Assembly: GCA_030390025.1 (NCBI GenBank)
Contig: CM059432.1
Location: 94,800,001 to 94,864,000 of the forward strand
Direction of reading: 5' to 3'
DNA from: Squalus acanthias
Lineage: Eukaryota
DNA length: 64,000 nucleotides
Position numbers and translations under genes: made by a program. The notes beneath the pieces are model-generated. The model was not told the DNA's origin, searched no databases, and saw nothing but the letters and a program-made list of their open reading frames with translations. Of this stretch, positions 52,026 to 64,000 are shown one piece after another; position 1 is the stretch's first letter, and each line of letters opens with the position of its first letter.

Positions 52026-52400
52026 GATGAAGCTGGGAACAAAGGTGCTGCTGCCCCAGCTGAAGAGAGGAACAAACAGTTGCATATTTAGCGGGTAGAC
52101 TTTTTTTTCGGTCTGGGTGCCCGGTGGCTCAAAGCTGCAGCTCCTATTTAAAATTAATGGAGCAGTTTTGGGATGTGCATATAACCAGTATCACTGGAGC
52201 AGCTTGGGAGATTGGAAACCTCAAATGGGACTCGAGGCTGAAAGGGTGAGGCTATTTCCTTGAGGTTACCTTTTGATATTTTGGGGTAAATGGCAAAGCA
52301 AATTAAACAAGCAATTATCCTTGGCGTTACCATTTCCTTAAGTAGTAACTACGGCTTTTTAGGTGATGAAGCTGGGGACCAATGTGCTGCTGCCCCAGCT
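52026..52400 (+). repeat. Pair of 36-bp direct repeats, each a hairpin
   Basis: gatgaagctgggaacaaaggtgctgctgccccagct (52026-52061) and gatgaagctggggaccaatgtgctgctgccccagct (52365-52400); 3 mismatches; agctggg/cccagct stem. Confidence 0.85.
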
Positions 52401-53040
52401 CTTGTCACTTTTGACAAACAGCCACACTGCAGCTTTTTCCATCTGTTTAAATCCTGTTTACTTGGCAAAAAGAAAGCAGCCTAAAATGTGTTCGAATTAT
52501 TGAACTTTTAGTCAGAATTAATACCCAGTTCAGCTGTAAGTATTGATCTGAATCTAGAGATCGATGTTGACATAACCCTGCTAATAGTATGAGGTAGTTT
52601 CACAAATAGAGTAAAAACAGTGGCCAAAAAACATGGTTACCAACTGTGCTAAACCATTTTGCTCCTCTTGCAGATTTCCTAGTGCCTAATTAATTTAGTG
52701 CTATTAATAGACTAGCTCTGTAGGTTGAGCAATTATTTTCTTAAGCGCATGCACTTGTATATAATTGTATTCAATACCAGTTTGTCCTATAAATTCTTCT
52801 ACTGCCAATACAGTAATTTGATCAGTGGTATGCCTGGGGTGAATTGAAAATATTTTGTTAATTTTGACCACCAGGTGTCAGCATTGATGCACACTTCATT
52901 GTTGAGACCATTTTCTATCACACATTACAAGATTGAGTTTGTTTTATTTTGAGACATTGCTTTATGAATATATCTTTTTTTTCAAGATATTGGTATGTAC
53001 TCTGATCCTTTCTGATGCTTTATTTTTCTTTTTGTAATAA

Positions 53041-53298
<258 letters not shown>

Positions 53299-53379
53299 TG
53301 AAATATGTCAAACAAGTCCTAATCTTATGGCACTTCGGTTCTTGAAGTCAAGCTTCTAAATGACTTTTTACGTCCATAG

Positions 53380-53563
53380 GTGGACATTCAATCCTGCAGT
53401 TCTTACTAAGGCTAATGTGGTTAGAAGTGGAGATGGAGTTCAGGGAGCGGAAGGTGGATCTTCACAGTTTAATGTTGGCGACCTAGTTCAAATCTGTTAT
53501 GACTTGGAGAGAATCAAGCTTCTTCAGCGAGGTCATGGAGAATGGGCTGAAGCTATGCTCCCT
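53380..53563 (+). CDS. mib1: mib1 exon 7 (184 nt), Mib repeat 1 end and repeat 2 start
   Basis: ccatag|G TGG ACA...CTC CCT|gtaagt; [61 protein letters not shown]; preceded by a 121-nt intron. Confidence 0.98.
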
Positions 53564-54018
53564 GTAAGTAGAAATTAATTTTCTCAGCTACATTTTGGAG
53601 TGCATTTACCCAGCCATTTTAGTGTCTGTGTGGAACAATTTCAGTTGCGCACAGATGCTAAACTGGCAGTGTAAACCCAGAGTCAGGGCTCGACCTGAAT
53701 CTGGAATAAAAATGAAAGGAACTCTTTAGAAGGAGTAGACTTCCACTGCTTCAGTTTGACACCGCATGGAGTATAAATCCAGTCTGCTGTCAAACAATAG
53801 AGGACAGCTGCTCTCTTTAATTGCGAATCCAGTCTGCTCTTCAGCTGCTCTTTTTATTCCTTTCAGTTTTTTTCCTTTCTCCCTCCTCTTTTTTATTTGC
53901 ACTGAGCTCCGCTTCCTGTTTCCAGAACTATGCTCTGTTACTTCCTGAGAAATTAATGGCTGCAGCAGAAAAAGTTGAGTTTCAGTTGGGCTTTTGAAAA
54001 CTATCAAAATGTTACAAG

Positions 54019-54225
54019 GGGGCAGATTTTGCGGTCAGCAGCGTACCCACGGATTACGCTGCTGGCATCCGAATAGAATACGAACTTGCCTGATGGGGGC
54101 CCTCCTTCGTGAACTTGCTCTTTAACGCTGCGTACTCGAGGGCAGCGCAATGGCCCATGGATCCCAGGGATGCAGCGTGTGCGGAAGCCTACCTGGGATC
54201 ACATGGGCCTGTTACTTCAATCAGT
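54019..54225. mobile_element. Truncated Harbinger-type MITE arm
   Basis: Starts ggggcagattttgcgg; contains gatcccaggg...cctgggatcacatgggcc like the other MITEs; no second TIR found. Confidence 0.6.
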
Positions 54226-54590
54226 GGAAGCGCCGAGTTTCCTACTACATTTCGTGTAATTGAAGAGCAGGTTTTGTTCCTCTGTTAAATGTTCAGAATC
54301 TTTTAGAAAATATACGGCACAGAAATAGTGATGTGTATATGACAACAGCCTAAGACAGCGGTAGTCTTGAAATTTTGTAACATGATTGGAGAGCTTGGAT
54401 ATGAGAATCAGGAATACACCAATTTGACCAGGATGCTTTGAAAGTCAAGTGCTCCATTACCAGATTCAGCTACTGTAGGGTATAGGTGCAAATTAAGTAC
54501 AGTATTGAAAATAGTGAAATCTTTCTACCACCCAGCACTGAAAGCACGAGCATATTGTCTAAACTGTTAAACATTTTTGTTTTAATACAG

Positions 54591-54735
54591 ACTTTGGGGA
54601 AAGTTGGGCGTGTCCAACAGATTTACTCTGACAGTGACCTGAAAGTAGAGGTTTGTGGGACATCTTGGACATACAACCCTGCAGCTGTTACTAAGGTGGC
54701 ATCAGCTGGATCTGCAGTGAGCAATGCATCTGGTG
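54591..54735 (+). CDS. mib1: mib1 exon 8 (145 nt), Mib repeat 2
   Basis: aatacag|ACT TTG...TCT GGT G|gtacat; [48 protein letters not shown](E). Confidence 0.96.
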
Positions 54736-56245
54736 GTACATATCAGCTTCTGAACAAGTGTTGTTTCTCTTTTTCTATTTGTTTCCTTATTGTATACCAC
54801 AGTTATACGATATGCTTGGTGTTGATGTTGCTCACTGGTGCTGAAAGGGCAGTTTATTGCTGTTCCTGAAGTTCAGCATCACTGAAAGTGAGAACACTCC
54901 CAAGAAATGTTTTTTCTTAATTTTGTTATAGTCACTGAAAATTTCAGTAATAGTTGAATGTTTGTAAACAGTGTTCCATATATGCATTGCAGTATACGCA
55001 TGTAGAACTCACCCTACCTCTCTGCTCCACAGCAATGTTGCATTATAATTGCAGCTCATAATTCATTTAACTCAAAATATTGGTGCAACATAACTAGCAT
55101 AATTTTCTGTATTGCCCCTAAAATCCCTCTTTACTACTGCACCTCCCTAACATTTGGCTGTGCCCCTTTTAAATGGCCTTGTGCCTTTTGCCTACTTAAC
55201 ATTCCACTCTGCCCCTTAATGTCCCCAGCCCACTAACGACCTCTTTCCCTTCATTATATTTAAATTTTAGTGCATGTAGAACTGCTATTTAAAAAGTGAA
55301 AGTGGCCCCTCAGACTGTGAAATGCAGGCCTTGGATGTAAGGAGAAAATAGTGGGAGAGCAAAATAAGGAGGTCCAGGCCTGAAATGTCGTTGGCCTGTG
55401 TGGAGCAGGCTGATGACCGAGAATGGGCTGGTAAGTGGCCGACAAATAGGGTGGGATGTTGAGAATGGCAGAAAGAGATCGATAGCGGCCAAGAGTCAGA
55501 AAGTGCCAAGCACTGGCTGCCGACCAGTGAGGGCAGGCAAGAGCAGAGAACAGGTGAGAGGAGCTTGATGGAAGCAAAGTGTAAGAAAGATGCCAAAAAT
55601 TGCCAGGTGTGACTTGAGAACAGTCTTGCATTGGATTCTTGCTTCCCAGATAGCTGGGCATGGAGGATGCTGGGAAAATGCACATAAGTTGAATGCAAAG
55701 CTCATTAGGCCTCTGAAAAATAATTAAATTAAGGGGCCTCTCCATAATGTGATTGGAGTGCATACGTAGAGTCTCTGTCCGGTGTTCAGCTTATGTATCA
55801 GTTTTGTAATTGATGCCTTTTAACAGCATAATAGGTGATAGAAATTGAGCTCTCCTTTGTGGTTGATTGCCTTTGCTGTGGAAAACAATGAATTGATCAG
55901 AAACTAGGCAAAAAAGAAATTTGAGCTCCCTTTCAGCCAGCATTACAGATTGGTGCTTTAATCTGCACACACCCCAAAAACAAGCAGGAAGTCATAATTT
56001 ATCTCTAATACCTGCTAATAAGTTCCAAACCCCAATACTTTCAGTGCTACTTGCTGCCCTTATTCTCGATTCCCAGGGCTCCAGTATGATGGAATGTTAT
56101 CATTTACTTGCTACTCTCTTCCCGTCCTATGTTTGACTGTTTGTCTTCATGTGAACAAGTTATTAAAAAAATTAACAAAACAACTTTTGATTTGTTGGAT
56201 TGGAGACTTAACACTATTATTGTTTACAAATTTTTGTTCTGTCAG

Positions 56246-56379
56246 AGCGTCTGTCCCAGCTATTGAAAAAACTATTTGAAACGCAAGAATCTGGAGACAT
56301 CAATGAAGAACTTGTTAAAGCTGCAGCCAATGGTGATGTTGCGAAAGTGGAAGAAATAATGGCACGACCAGATGTTGAT
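56246..56379 (+). CDS. mib1: mib1 exon 9 (134 nt), start of ankyrin region
   Basis: ctgtcag|AG CGT CTG...GTT GAT|gtgagt; [44 protein letters not shown]. Confidence 0.98.
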
Positions 56380-56654
56380 GTGAGTCTTTTCAATACACAC
56401 ATTACTCCTTTGTGCAAAACTACTAATATATTTCTTTTGTGGAAATTGGGACAGAGATATAAAGTCTGAGACAGATATTAATATAGCTTTAAAATTGTAA
56501 GTCAAAACTGTCCAAAAGATTGACATGGGGATTTTAAATGCCTATTTACCCTTCAACTTTTTCCATAAGTAACATATTGCCTGTGACCATTAGGCTGGAT
56601 AATCTGCTGATTGGCCTTTAGCAGGGCCACTTTGAGCAAGCCAACGAAGACATA

Positions 56655-57605
56655 GAAATATTAATAGATTAAGTGAATGGGCAAAATTGTGGCAAATGGA
56701 TTTCAATGTAGGCAAATGTGAGGTCATCTACTTTGGACCTAAAAAGGATAGAACGGAGTACTTTCTAAATGGTGAAAAGCTAGAAACAGTGGAGGTCCAA
56801 AGAGACTTGGGGGTCCATGTACATAGATCATTAAAATGTCATGGACAGGTACAGAAAACAATCAAAAAGGCTAATGGAATGCTAGCCTTTATATCTAGAG
56901 GACTAGAATACAAGGGTTAGGAGTTATGCTCCAGCTATACAAAGCCCTAGTTAGACTACACCTGGAGTCCTGAGAAATTCTGGGCACCACACCGTCTGAA
57001 GGATGTATTAGCCTTGGAGGAAATGCAGCGTAGATTTACCAGAATGCTACCTTGACTCCCAAGGGTTAAGTTATGAGGAGTGATTACACAAACTAGGGTT
57101 GTATTCCCTGCAATTTAGAAGGCTATGGAGTGATTTGATCGAAGTTTTCAAGATATTAAGGGGAACAGATATGGTAGATAGAGAGAATCTATTTCCGCTG
57201 GTTGGGGAGTCTAGGACTAGGGGGCATCGTCTAAAAATTAGAGCCAGACCTTTTAGGAGTGAAGTTAGGAAACACTTCTACACACCAAAGTGTGGTAGAA
57301 GTTTGGAACACTCTTCCGCAAATGGCAATTGATGCTAGATCAATTGTTAATTTTAAATCTGAGATTGATTTTTTATTAACCAAAGGTATTAAGGGGTATG
57401 GGGCAAAGGCGGATATATGTAATAACAACAGAAAATGCTGGAAACACTCAGCAGCCCAGGCAGCATCCGTGGAGAGAGAAACAGAGTTAACGTTTCAGGT
57501 CTGGGACCCTTCATCAGAACTGGAATTAGGTCGCAGATCAGCCATGGTCTCGTTGAATGGCAGAATAGCCTCGAGGGGCTGAATGGCATATTCCTGTTCC
57601 TCTGA
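56655..57605 (+). mobile_element. CR1 LINE 3' part with a pLTR insertion at 57421-57523
   Basis: WQMDFNVGKCEVIYFG...KKANGMLAFISRGLEYK; same subfamily as 17037-17825. Confidence 0.92.
57485..57521 (-). ncRNA. Minimal hammerhead ribozyme motif in a solo pLTR (57421-57523)
   Basis: Minus strand AGUU-CUGAUGA-A-GGGUC(CCA)GACCU-GAAA-CGUU/AACU; core intact, stem II pairing kept with a G-U pair and a different loop. Confidence 0.8.
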
Positions 57606-58676
57606 TCCTAAGGCACTTGAGCAGCCTGAACGTTGTCTCTGACTTTGCTAGGCCCCAGTCTACTGGTGTGGAAAGGTGCCAAGAGGAGTTCAGACTCCTT
57701 CCCACAGATAGGAAAATGGAGGGGATTTAAAAAAAAAAGCAGTATGTTGTATTCAATCTACACTTCACCACGATGTGGCACAACTTGTTAGTACTTCCAA
57801 GATATCACATTGCATTTAATGTTGTAATGGTTTTTCTATTATCACTTTAAAAGAGCAGAAAAGAGCAGAATGCCATAATATTGCTTTGTTAAAATGGAGG
57901 ACGTGGATGTTCAATTTTTATTAAAAAATTGAAGTTGCTAACATCTCATTACATTTTGCCTAGGTGTTATCATCTACCTTCAGTTCGACCCATTTTCCTT
58001 CGTAGCACATCCAACAGTTGCATAAAATATTGTACAAATTGAATAGACTATTTTATTGGCCCTTAAGTAGTAGTTATAAACTTTTAGCTTTCACTTTTAT
58101 CAGTTTCAACAAAACATACTTCTGAAATTGAGTTTAGAGAGTTTGCAATTGGAACTGGGTACAATTCTGTCACCTTGTGGCAAATCTAAGTCATTATAAG
58201 TGCAGAATTATTGACCTAGAAATTCGGGGGTTTAGCGCTGGCTGTTAAGGCCTGATTCAAGGAAGAAAAATGGCAGCCGCTGCACATCCACCCGCTGCCG
58301 GTGGGTCCAGCGACGGCCGCCATTTTCAGCTGGGCATCAGTGCTGTCGATGTGTGCACTTGCTATCATTATGGAGATTATGCAGATCGTGATGTCAGTGT
58401 GCAACGCTCACTTGATGCCCGATCTGCCATTTTTGAGTGCGCCGCTCCACTTGCCGGCCTGTTTTAGTTGCGACCAACCGAGCAAATGTTGACAAACAGG
58501 AAGGAGGCTCCAGAAGCGTTATTTAAAGGGATCATCAGCAACAACTTGCAGCTGACCTGTTTGTTCAGTGTGACTGGCTCTGTGGAACTGTCTGCAACTC
58601 TAGGGAGTGTTGATGCAAGTGGAGCATGCCTTCATTCTTATTTAAAGGCTTCTGCTCACTACACTTGCTCACAGTC

Positions 58677-61613
58677 ATGGGGGCTCTACTGGTAGTCCCC
58701 CTCACGCTCGAGTATCTTTGTGAGATGGAGCGGTGGCAGCGAGGAAGAGGAGATGATGTGCGCAGAGGGAGGAGGAGGATGGCTAGGAGGCCTCAACAGG
58801 AGGCCTTACCCACCTAGAGTCTTTCAAGAGCACTTCTCCTATATCCACTTAAGTGAGGAACAGTGTATTAGGAGGCTCCGCTTCAGCAAGGAGGTGGTCA
58901 CAGAACCCTGCCACCTCCTGCAACCAGACCTGCAGCCTCAGAGCAGGGCAACCATAGCTCTCCCAGTAGCCCTCAAGGTTACCGTGGCCCTCCATTTCTT
59001 TGCCAGCTGATCCTTCCAGTCTGCAGCAGGAGACCTAGCTAACATAAGAAATAGGAACAGGAGTAGGCCATTTGGCCCCTCGAGCCTGCTCCGGCATTCA
59101 GTAAGATCATGGCTGATCTTCTACCTCAACTCCATCTTCCTGCCCAATCCCCATATCCCTTGATTCCCTTAATATCCAAAAATCTATCGATCTTGAATAT
59201 ACTCAACAACTGAGCCTCCACAGCCCTCTGGGGTAGAGAATTCCAAAGATTTTCGGAGCTAAGATCCTTTCTCTCTACTGTCTTTATCCCATCCTTTATT
59301 ATCAGGGCTACCCCCCCTCCTTTTCCATTTTGCCCATCTCTTCTAAAAGTTAAGTATCCTGGAATATTTAGTTCCCAACTTTGGTCCCTTTGCAACCATG
59401 TCTCCGTAATGGCTATTTGATCAAACCTATTCATTTCTATCTGAGCTATTAATTCACCTATTTTGTTGCGAATGCTTCACGCATTCAGATATAGTGCCTT
59501 CAGCTTTGACTTTTTTCTATTTTTCCCTGATGTCACCTGAGTCACTGATGCCCTATCACCGTTGTCCCTTCCTGACCCACTCTGCTTATTTTTTACCCAA
59601 AACTCTGCTCTGCTCTAGAGCCTTGACATTTCTCTTGCTGCTTTTAAATTTACTCTTTCCTGAATCCTCCCAACCCCCCTTCATTAGTTTAAAGCCCTGT
59701 CTACTGCCCGAATTATTTAATTCACCAGGACACTGGTTCGAACCCGTCCCAATGGAACAGCTCCTTCTTTCCCCAGTACTGGTGCCATTGCCCCATGAAG
59801 CAAAACCTCTGCCTCTCACCGCTCTTTGAGCCACGCATTTAACCTTCTAATCTGCTTATCCCTATGCCAATTGGCAAGTGGCTCAGGTAACAATCCAGAG
59901 ATTATTACCTTTGAGGTTCTGCATTTTAATTTGGACCCCAACTCCTCAAACACTCTCAGCAGAACCTTATTCCGAGTTACCTATGTTGCTGGTTTCTACG
60001 TGGACCACGACAACTGGATCCTCCCCTTCCCACTCCAAGTTCGTCTCCAGCCGCGAGGAGATGTCTTTAACCCAGGCAACACAACCTTCGGAGCTCTCGG
60101 TCGCGGCTGCAGAGAACAGCATCTATCCCTCTGACTATACTGTCCCCTACCACAACTACATTCCCTTTCACCTCCTGCACCATGGTGCCATGGTCAGCTT
60201 GCTCATCCATCCCGCAGGCTTTTCCTTCATCCACACAGGCAGCAAGAACCTCATACCTGCTGGATAAGGACAAATTCCGAGGCTCCTTCAGCACTGCACC
60301 TGGGGTCCCCTTACCTGCCTGAGTTGCAGTCACGCCCTGTCCTTGACCACTAACCAGACCTGTACCACTACCTAATCTAAGGGGTGTGACTGCCTCCTGA
60401 ATCAAAGTCTCCCTCTCCCTGATGCCCTGCAATGTCTGCACCTCCGAATCCAGCTCAAAAACTCTGAGCTGAAGTTCCTCAAGATAAAGGCACTTACTGC
60501 AAACGTGGTTGTCCGGGATCACAATGCTCTCCACAAACTCCCACATGCTGCTGTTGCGGCACACCACCTGCACTGCCATCCCCGTATGACCTTGTTCTAT
60601 TTAATTAAATGTAATTAAATTTGTATTTAAGTAACTTAGTTTACAGTTTCGTTTCTTGACTACTTACTTGATCTAGATTAAGTTATGGGTTATGAAATTA
60701 AATATCTACCTGTAACACAAAGCACTACAAGTAGTGTCGGCAAAAAGCAGCAACTCCTTCCCCCTCTTCTCCGAATTCCCAGTCTTTCCAAATTCCCAAA
60801 TAAAACACTCTGTTTACGTGCACTCCATTTAATGCCGCTCTGTGCAGACCACATCTCCCAGTTCGCCATCCATTGCTGCATCCGGGAGGTCACTGATGCT
60901 CTCTACACCAGGAGAAGGGACTACGTTTTCTTCTCTGAGCAGAGAGAAGCCGGAGGGTAGCACATGTGGTTTTGCCTGGATAGCGGTGTTCCCCATGGTG
61001 TAGGGCACCATCAACTGCACCCACATGGCTTTGCAGTCACCGCATAACAATCCTGAGATCTTCTGTAACCGCAAAGGCTACCACTCACTTAATGTGCAGA
61101 TGTTGTGTGACCACGCCTAGCGCATCCTGATGGTTAATGGCTGCTATCCTGGCAGCCGTCATGATACCTTCGTGCTGCGTCAGTCTGGTGTGCCGGCACT
61201 CTTCCAGCAACCACGTCAAACCAGAGGGTGGCTGCTAGGAGACCAGGGCTGGCTGCTCTGTACCTGTCTCATGACTCCCCTTCTCAACCCCAACACTCAT
61301 GCCCAGCACTCATAATGAGAGCCATGCTGCCATTAGGAACATCATCGAGCAGACCATCGGGCTGCTGAAGCAACAGTTCTGCTGCCTTGACTGCTAGGAA
61401 GGGAGCCCTTTAGTACCCGACTAAGTGGGTGTCCCATTTCCTGGTGGTCTGCTGCATGCTTCACAACTTGGCCATCGTGCGGGCCCAGCCCTTGCCTGCA
61501 GCGATTGCGGGACCACCTCAGGAAGAGGATGAGAGAGAGGAGGAGGAAGAAGAGGAGCAAATCCCCCTTTGACACGGGCTATCCGTGAACACCTTATCAG
61601 ACTCCTACTCTAG
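58677..61613 (+). pseudogene. Harbinger (HARBI1-like) DDE transposase pseudogene, split by a CR1 at 59041-60850
   Basis: CIRRLRFSKEVV, LPVALKVTVALHFFAS*SFQSAAGDLAN|ISQFAIHCCIREVTDAL, *GTINCTH, NRKGYHSLNVQ, YPGSRHD, LLGDQG, IEQTIGLLK; stops and frameshifts. Confidence 0.92.
59041..60850 (-). mobile_element. CR1 LINE with 5' UTR and ORF1 (zinc finger + SGNH esterase) but most of ORF2 deleted
   Basis: ORF1 CRNSSMW...HVCSKC...VVVGDSIVRG; APE start IAITETWL fused at about 59250 to the ORF2 C-terminus LWNSLPQRAVEA; acat duplicated at 59042-59045 and 60851-60854. Confidence 0.9.
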
Positions 61614-61802
61614 TGAATGAAACCCCAGATCCCCGTTGCTCATCACATCCTCATCAACCACATCCCCACCATACTGTCCCTCTGTCATGGAATATCACAG
61701 CGTCCTCATGGGCATAAAGCTGAAATGAGAGCCACCACAAAACAAAGATTCCAAACAAAATGAATAAATTTATCAATAATACATTCACAAATACTGTATC
61801 AA

Positions 61803-63482
61803 CTAATCACCCTTGTGCAATCCCTTAGTGCCTGTCGTTCGGGTGCCCTTTCCTGCTTTAGTGCTCCTACGAAGTGCTCCCCCAGTGGCTGCAACGTTGC
61901 TGGTGGAAGGCTGCTGCCTTTCCGTGGGGGAGACTTCAGATGGCCTTGCAGGATGACCTCGAGTAATTTTGGACATAGAAGGCCCGGCTGTAGACTGCAC
62001 CACCTTGGCATGGGCGGCAGCAGTCTGGGCTGGCTGGCTGAAGGGCAGCTGCAAGGGCAATGTCGGAGTGGCAGTGGTGGGAACACGAATGTTGTCATTA
62101 TGAGAGAGGACAGCAGGTTCTTGCTCCACAGACCCACTACCACTTCCCCGGAGCGGCGCCTCAGCATTCCTAACAGTCTATTGGAGGACAGATGCTGGCC
62201 TGCTGCAACACTCTGCAAGCCCTGTTCGAGATTGGTAAACCCAGCCATGATGGCAGCAGTCTGATCTTGCGTGGCAGCAAGCTGAGACTTCATGAGAGCA
62301 GTCTGAGCTTACGCTGCAGCAATAAGACGTGGGGTTGCTTCCGCCTGTGCTGCAATGGCAGCCGTGACATCGCCCATCACATGCAGCAGCATGTCTGGAG
62401 TTTTCCATCATTTCCAGCCTGGAAATCATTGGCTTCAAGCTCTGCGCAGAGCCCTGGCCAATGTTGGCGGTGTACTCCTCCATGCTCCTCGACATTGCCA
62501 AGACGCGCTCTGGCAGGCTTGCCATTGCACCTAGCAATTCGGTGTGCATGCCCCTCACCCTTCTTAAGGCTGCCCCTTCGAGGTCCTCATCTGAGTCGTG
62601 TGCAGCAGAACTCGCTCTCCAGGGAGCTGGCCCCTGAGCTACCCTATCCCCCTAGGCTTGCTGCAGCCCACTCCTGCCCAGTGCCTCCCCCTGTGCAGAT
62701 CCCGCATCTACATTACCCTCAAAATTAAGTGCCGTGCCAGTTTTTGAGCTGGTGTCTGCGAGTGACAGATGCAGTGACGCTGCATTAGGAATGGGAAGGA
62801 TTAGGAATGAGCATGCAGTTGTTGTCCCCAGGGGCTTTAACTTCGCCCATTGCCACGGCCTCGGTGACTTCCCGTCCAATGATGTTGAGCACTCTCTCCA
62901 GCACTCAAGGCCTGTATTGCGGCTTGCTCCTCCCGCCTGTCTGCCGCTGTTCCCAGCGATTCTGCGCGACCTTAGCCTGCAAGAGAAAAGGAAGTGTGTG
63001 AGAGTGTGGTGTAATGTGCTTGGATGATGTGCCTGCCATAGCTAAATAGCTGTCGGTGTGTGCAAGGAATGAGTGTTGCAGCAGTGGTAAGGTTGTGAGG
63101 GTGAAGTGAAGCTATGATTGCGGTCTGAGTGGTGATGGGTAGAGATTGTTGGTAGGTAAGTGATGGGGGTGCGGTGCATTGAGCAGTGTGTGAGGCTTGT
63201 GCAGATGGTGGGAAATGACATTTCCTGAAGCCTTCACTCACCTTGACCACCTGTGTGAGGTCATTAAACTTCTTGTGGCATTGGATCAAGGACCTGGGGA
63301 CCACGCTGCTGGCTGTCACAATCAGATTTCTCCTGCCACAGCCTTGTTCACGTATGGGCCAATGACTTCCTACTGGCTTGTGGGAAGAGGACAGCCCACC
63401 TCCTCTCCACGGCCATCACCAGTGCCTCCAGAGCCGCATCTGAGAACCGTGTTGCTCTCTCCTTCTGCTGCCGCTTAGCCAT
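61803..63482 (-). pseudogene. Harbinger Myb/SANT-like DNA-binding protein pseudogene, intron-containing
   Basis: ATG at 63482: MAKRQQKERATRFSDAALEALV...LWQE...RSLIQCHKKFNDLTQVVK|gtgagt; intron 63241-62977 ends ttgcag|AKVAQNRWEQRQTGG; stop and frameshift present; 3' end approximate. Confidence 0.8.
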
Positions 63483-64000
63483 CTCTTTCTAGTCAGTATT
63501 GCTTCCAAGTGGCGCTCCAAATGGAGTGATAATGAGGTGCTGTTGCGTCAAAGAACCTCCCCTTTAAGTAGTGGATAAAGCCTAGGCCAAACATGACTTG
63601 GAATTATACTGCACCCGATATTGGCCCACCTAAAGCCAATGAGCAGTGGTTTTAGCGTTGAGATCAGCACTATAATCATGTAAATGAGCACGGAGCGTGA
63701 ATTTTGGTGCTACCTAGACTACTTTGACCCGGCGCAGCTAAACAGCGCTGGGTTATGACACCACCCTTTTTCGGGCCATATCCAATTTGTAGGCCATTGA
63801 ATTTATTCAACTCCTGGCTATGATTTTGCTTTAAGTAGTTCTGAAGTAGCTTTGCATAAACATTTGCACGGTCCCAGTGTAGAATTCCATTGTACCATTG
63901 TATCACTGCTTTACTCAAATGACATTGCAGTCTACTACTTATAATTTGAAGTTACTTAACTCAAATTCTATTCATTCAGTTTTTTTGAGCAAATAGCTCC

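Larger units (their letters stand above)
58213..63795 (+). mobile_element. Decayed full-length Harbinger/PIF DNA transposon with two convergent genes, ATT TSD
   Basis: att|gacctagaaattcg ... caatttgtaggcc|att (TIR 11/14); contains transposase (+) and Myb/SANT-like gene (-). Confidence 0.85.

Noticed and set aside
52363..52555. C/D box snoRNA starting at GTGATGA
   Set aside because: The nearest CTGA is about 185 nt away with no terminal stem, and the motif is part of a duplicated hairpin.
58677..61613. Domesticated HARBI1 gene
   Set aside because: It has stops, frameshifts, a D-to-N catalytic change, a LINE insertion and flanking TIRs/TSD, so it is a dead transposon.

Overview
Eukaryotic vertebrate genomic DNA, most likely a cartilaginous fish (shark), inferred from the repeat complement. 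The window holds 8 internal coding exons (exons 2-9 by human numbering, 1142 nt, + strand) of mib1, the E3 ubiquitin ligase Mind bomb 1, covering the ZZ finger, second Mib/Herc2 domain, two Mib repeats and the start of the ankyrin region. All introns are GT-AG and the phases chain correctly. Exon 1 and exons 10 onward lie outside the window. The introns are dense with often nested transposable elements: about 17 CR1 LINE pieces, 3 L2 pieces, Deu-domain and AmnSINE2-like SINEs, a solo LTR, a Tigger-like MITE, several Harbinger-type MITEs and a decayed two-gene Harbinger. There is also a young Penelope-like element (RT + GIY-YIG, open for about 680 codons) with a 14-bp TSD and a perfect 80-bp inverted terminal repeat. 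Most notable: (1) five or six minimal hammerhead-ribozyme motifs, intact only antisense to mib1; (2) Harbinger-type MITEs that keep an ordered set of consensus splice sites across diverged copies; (3) a close inverted LINE pair bracketing exon 2. Exon, TIR, TSD and ribozyme coordinates were counted by hand. Ends of old repeats are approximate (tens of bp). Family names come from recalled motifs, not database searches.
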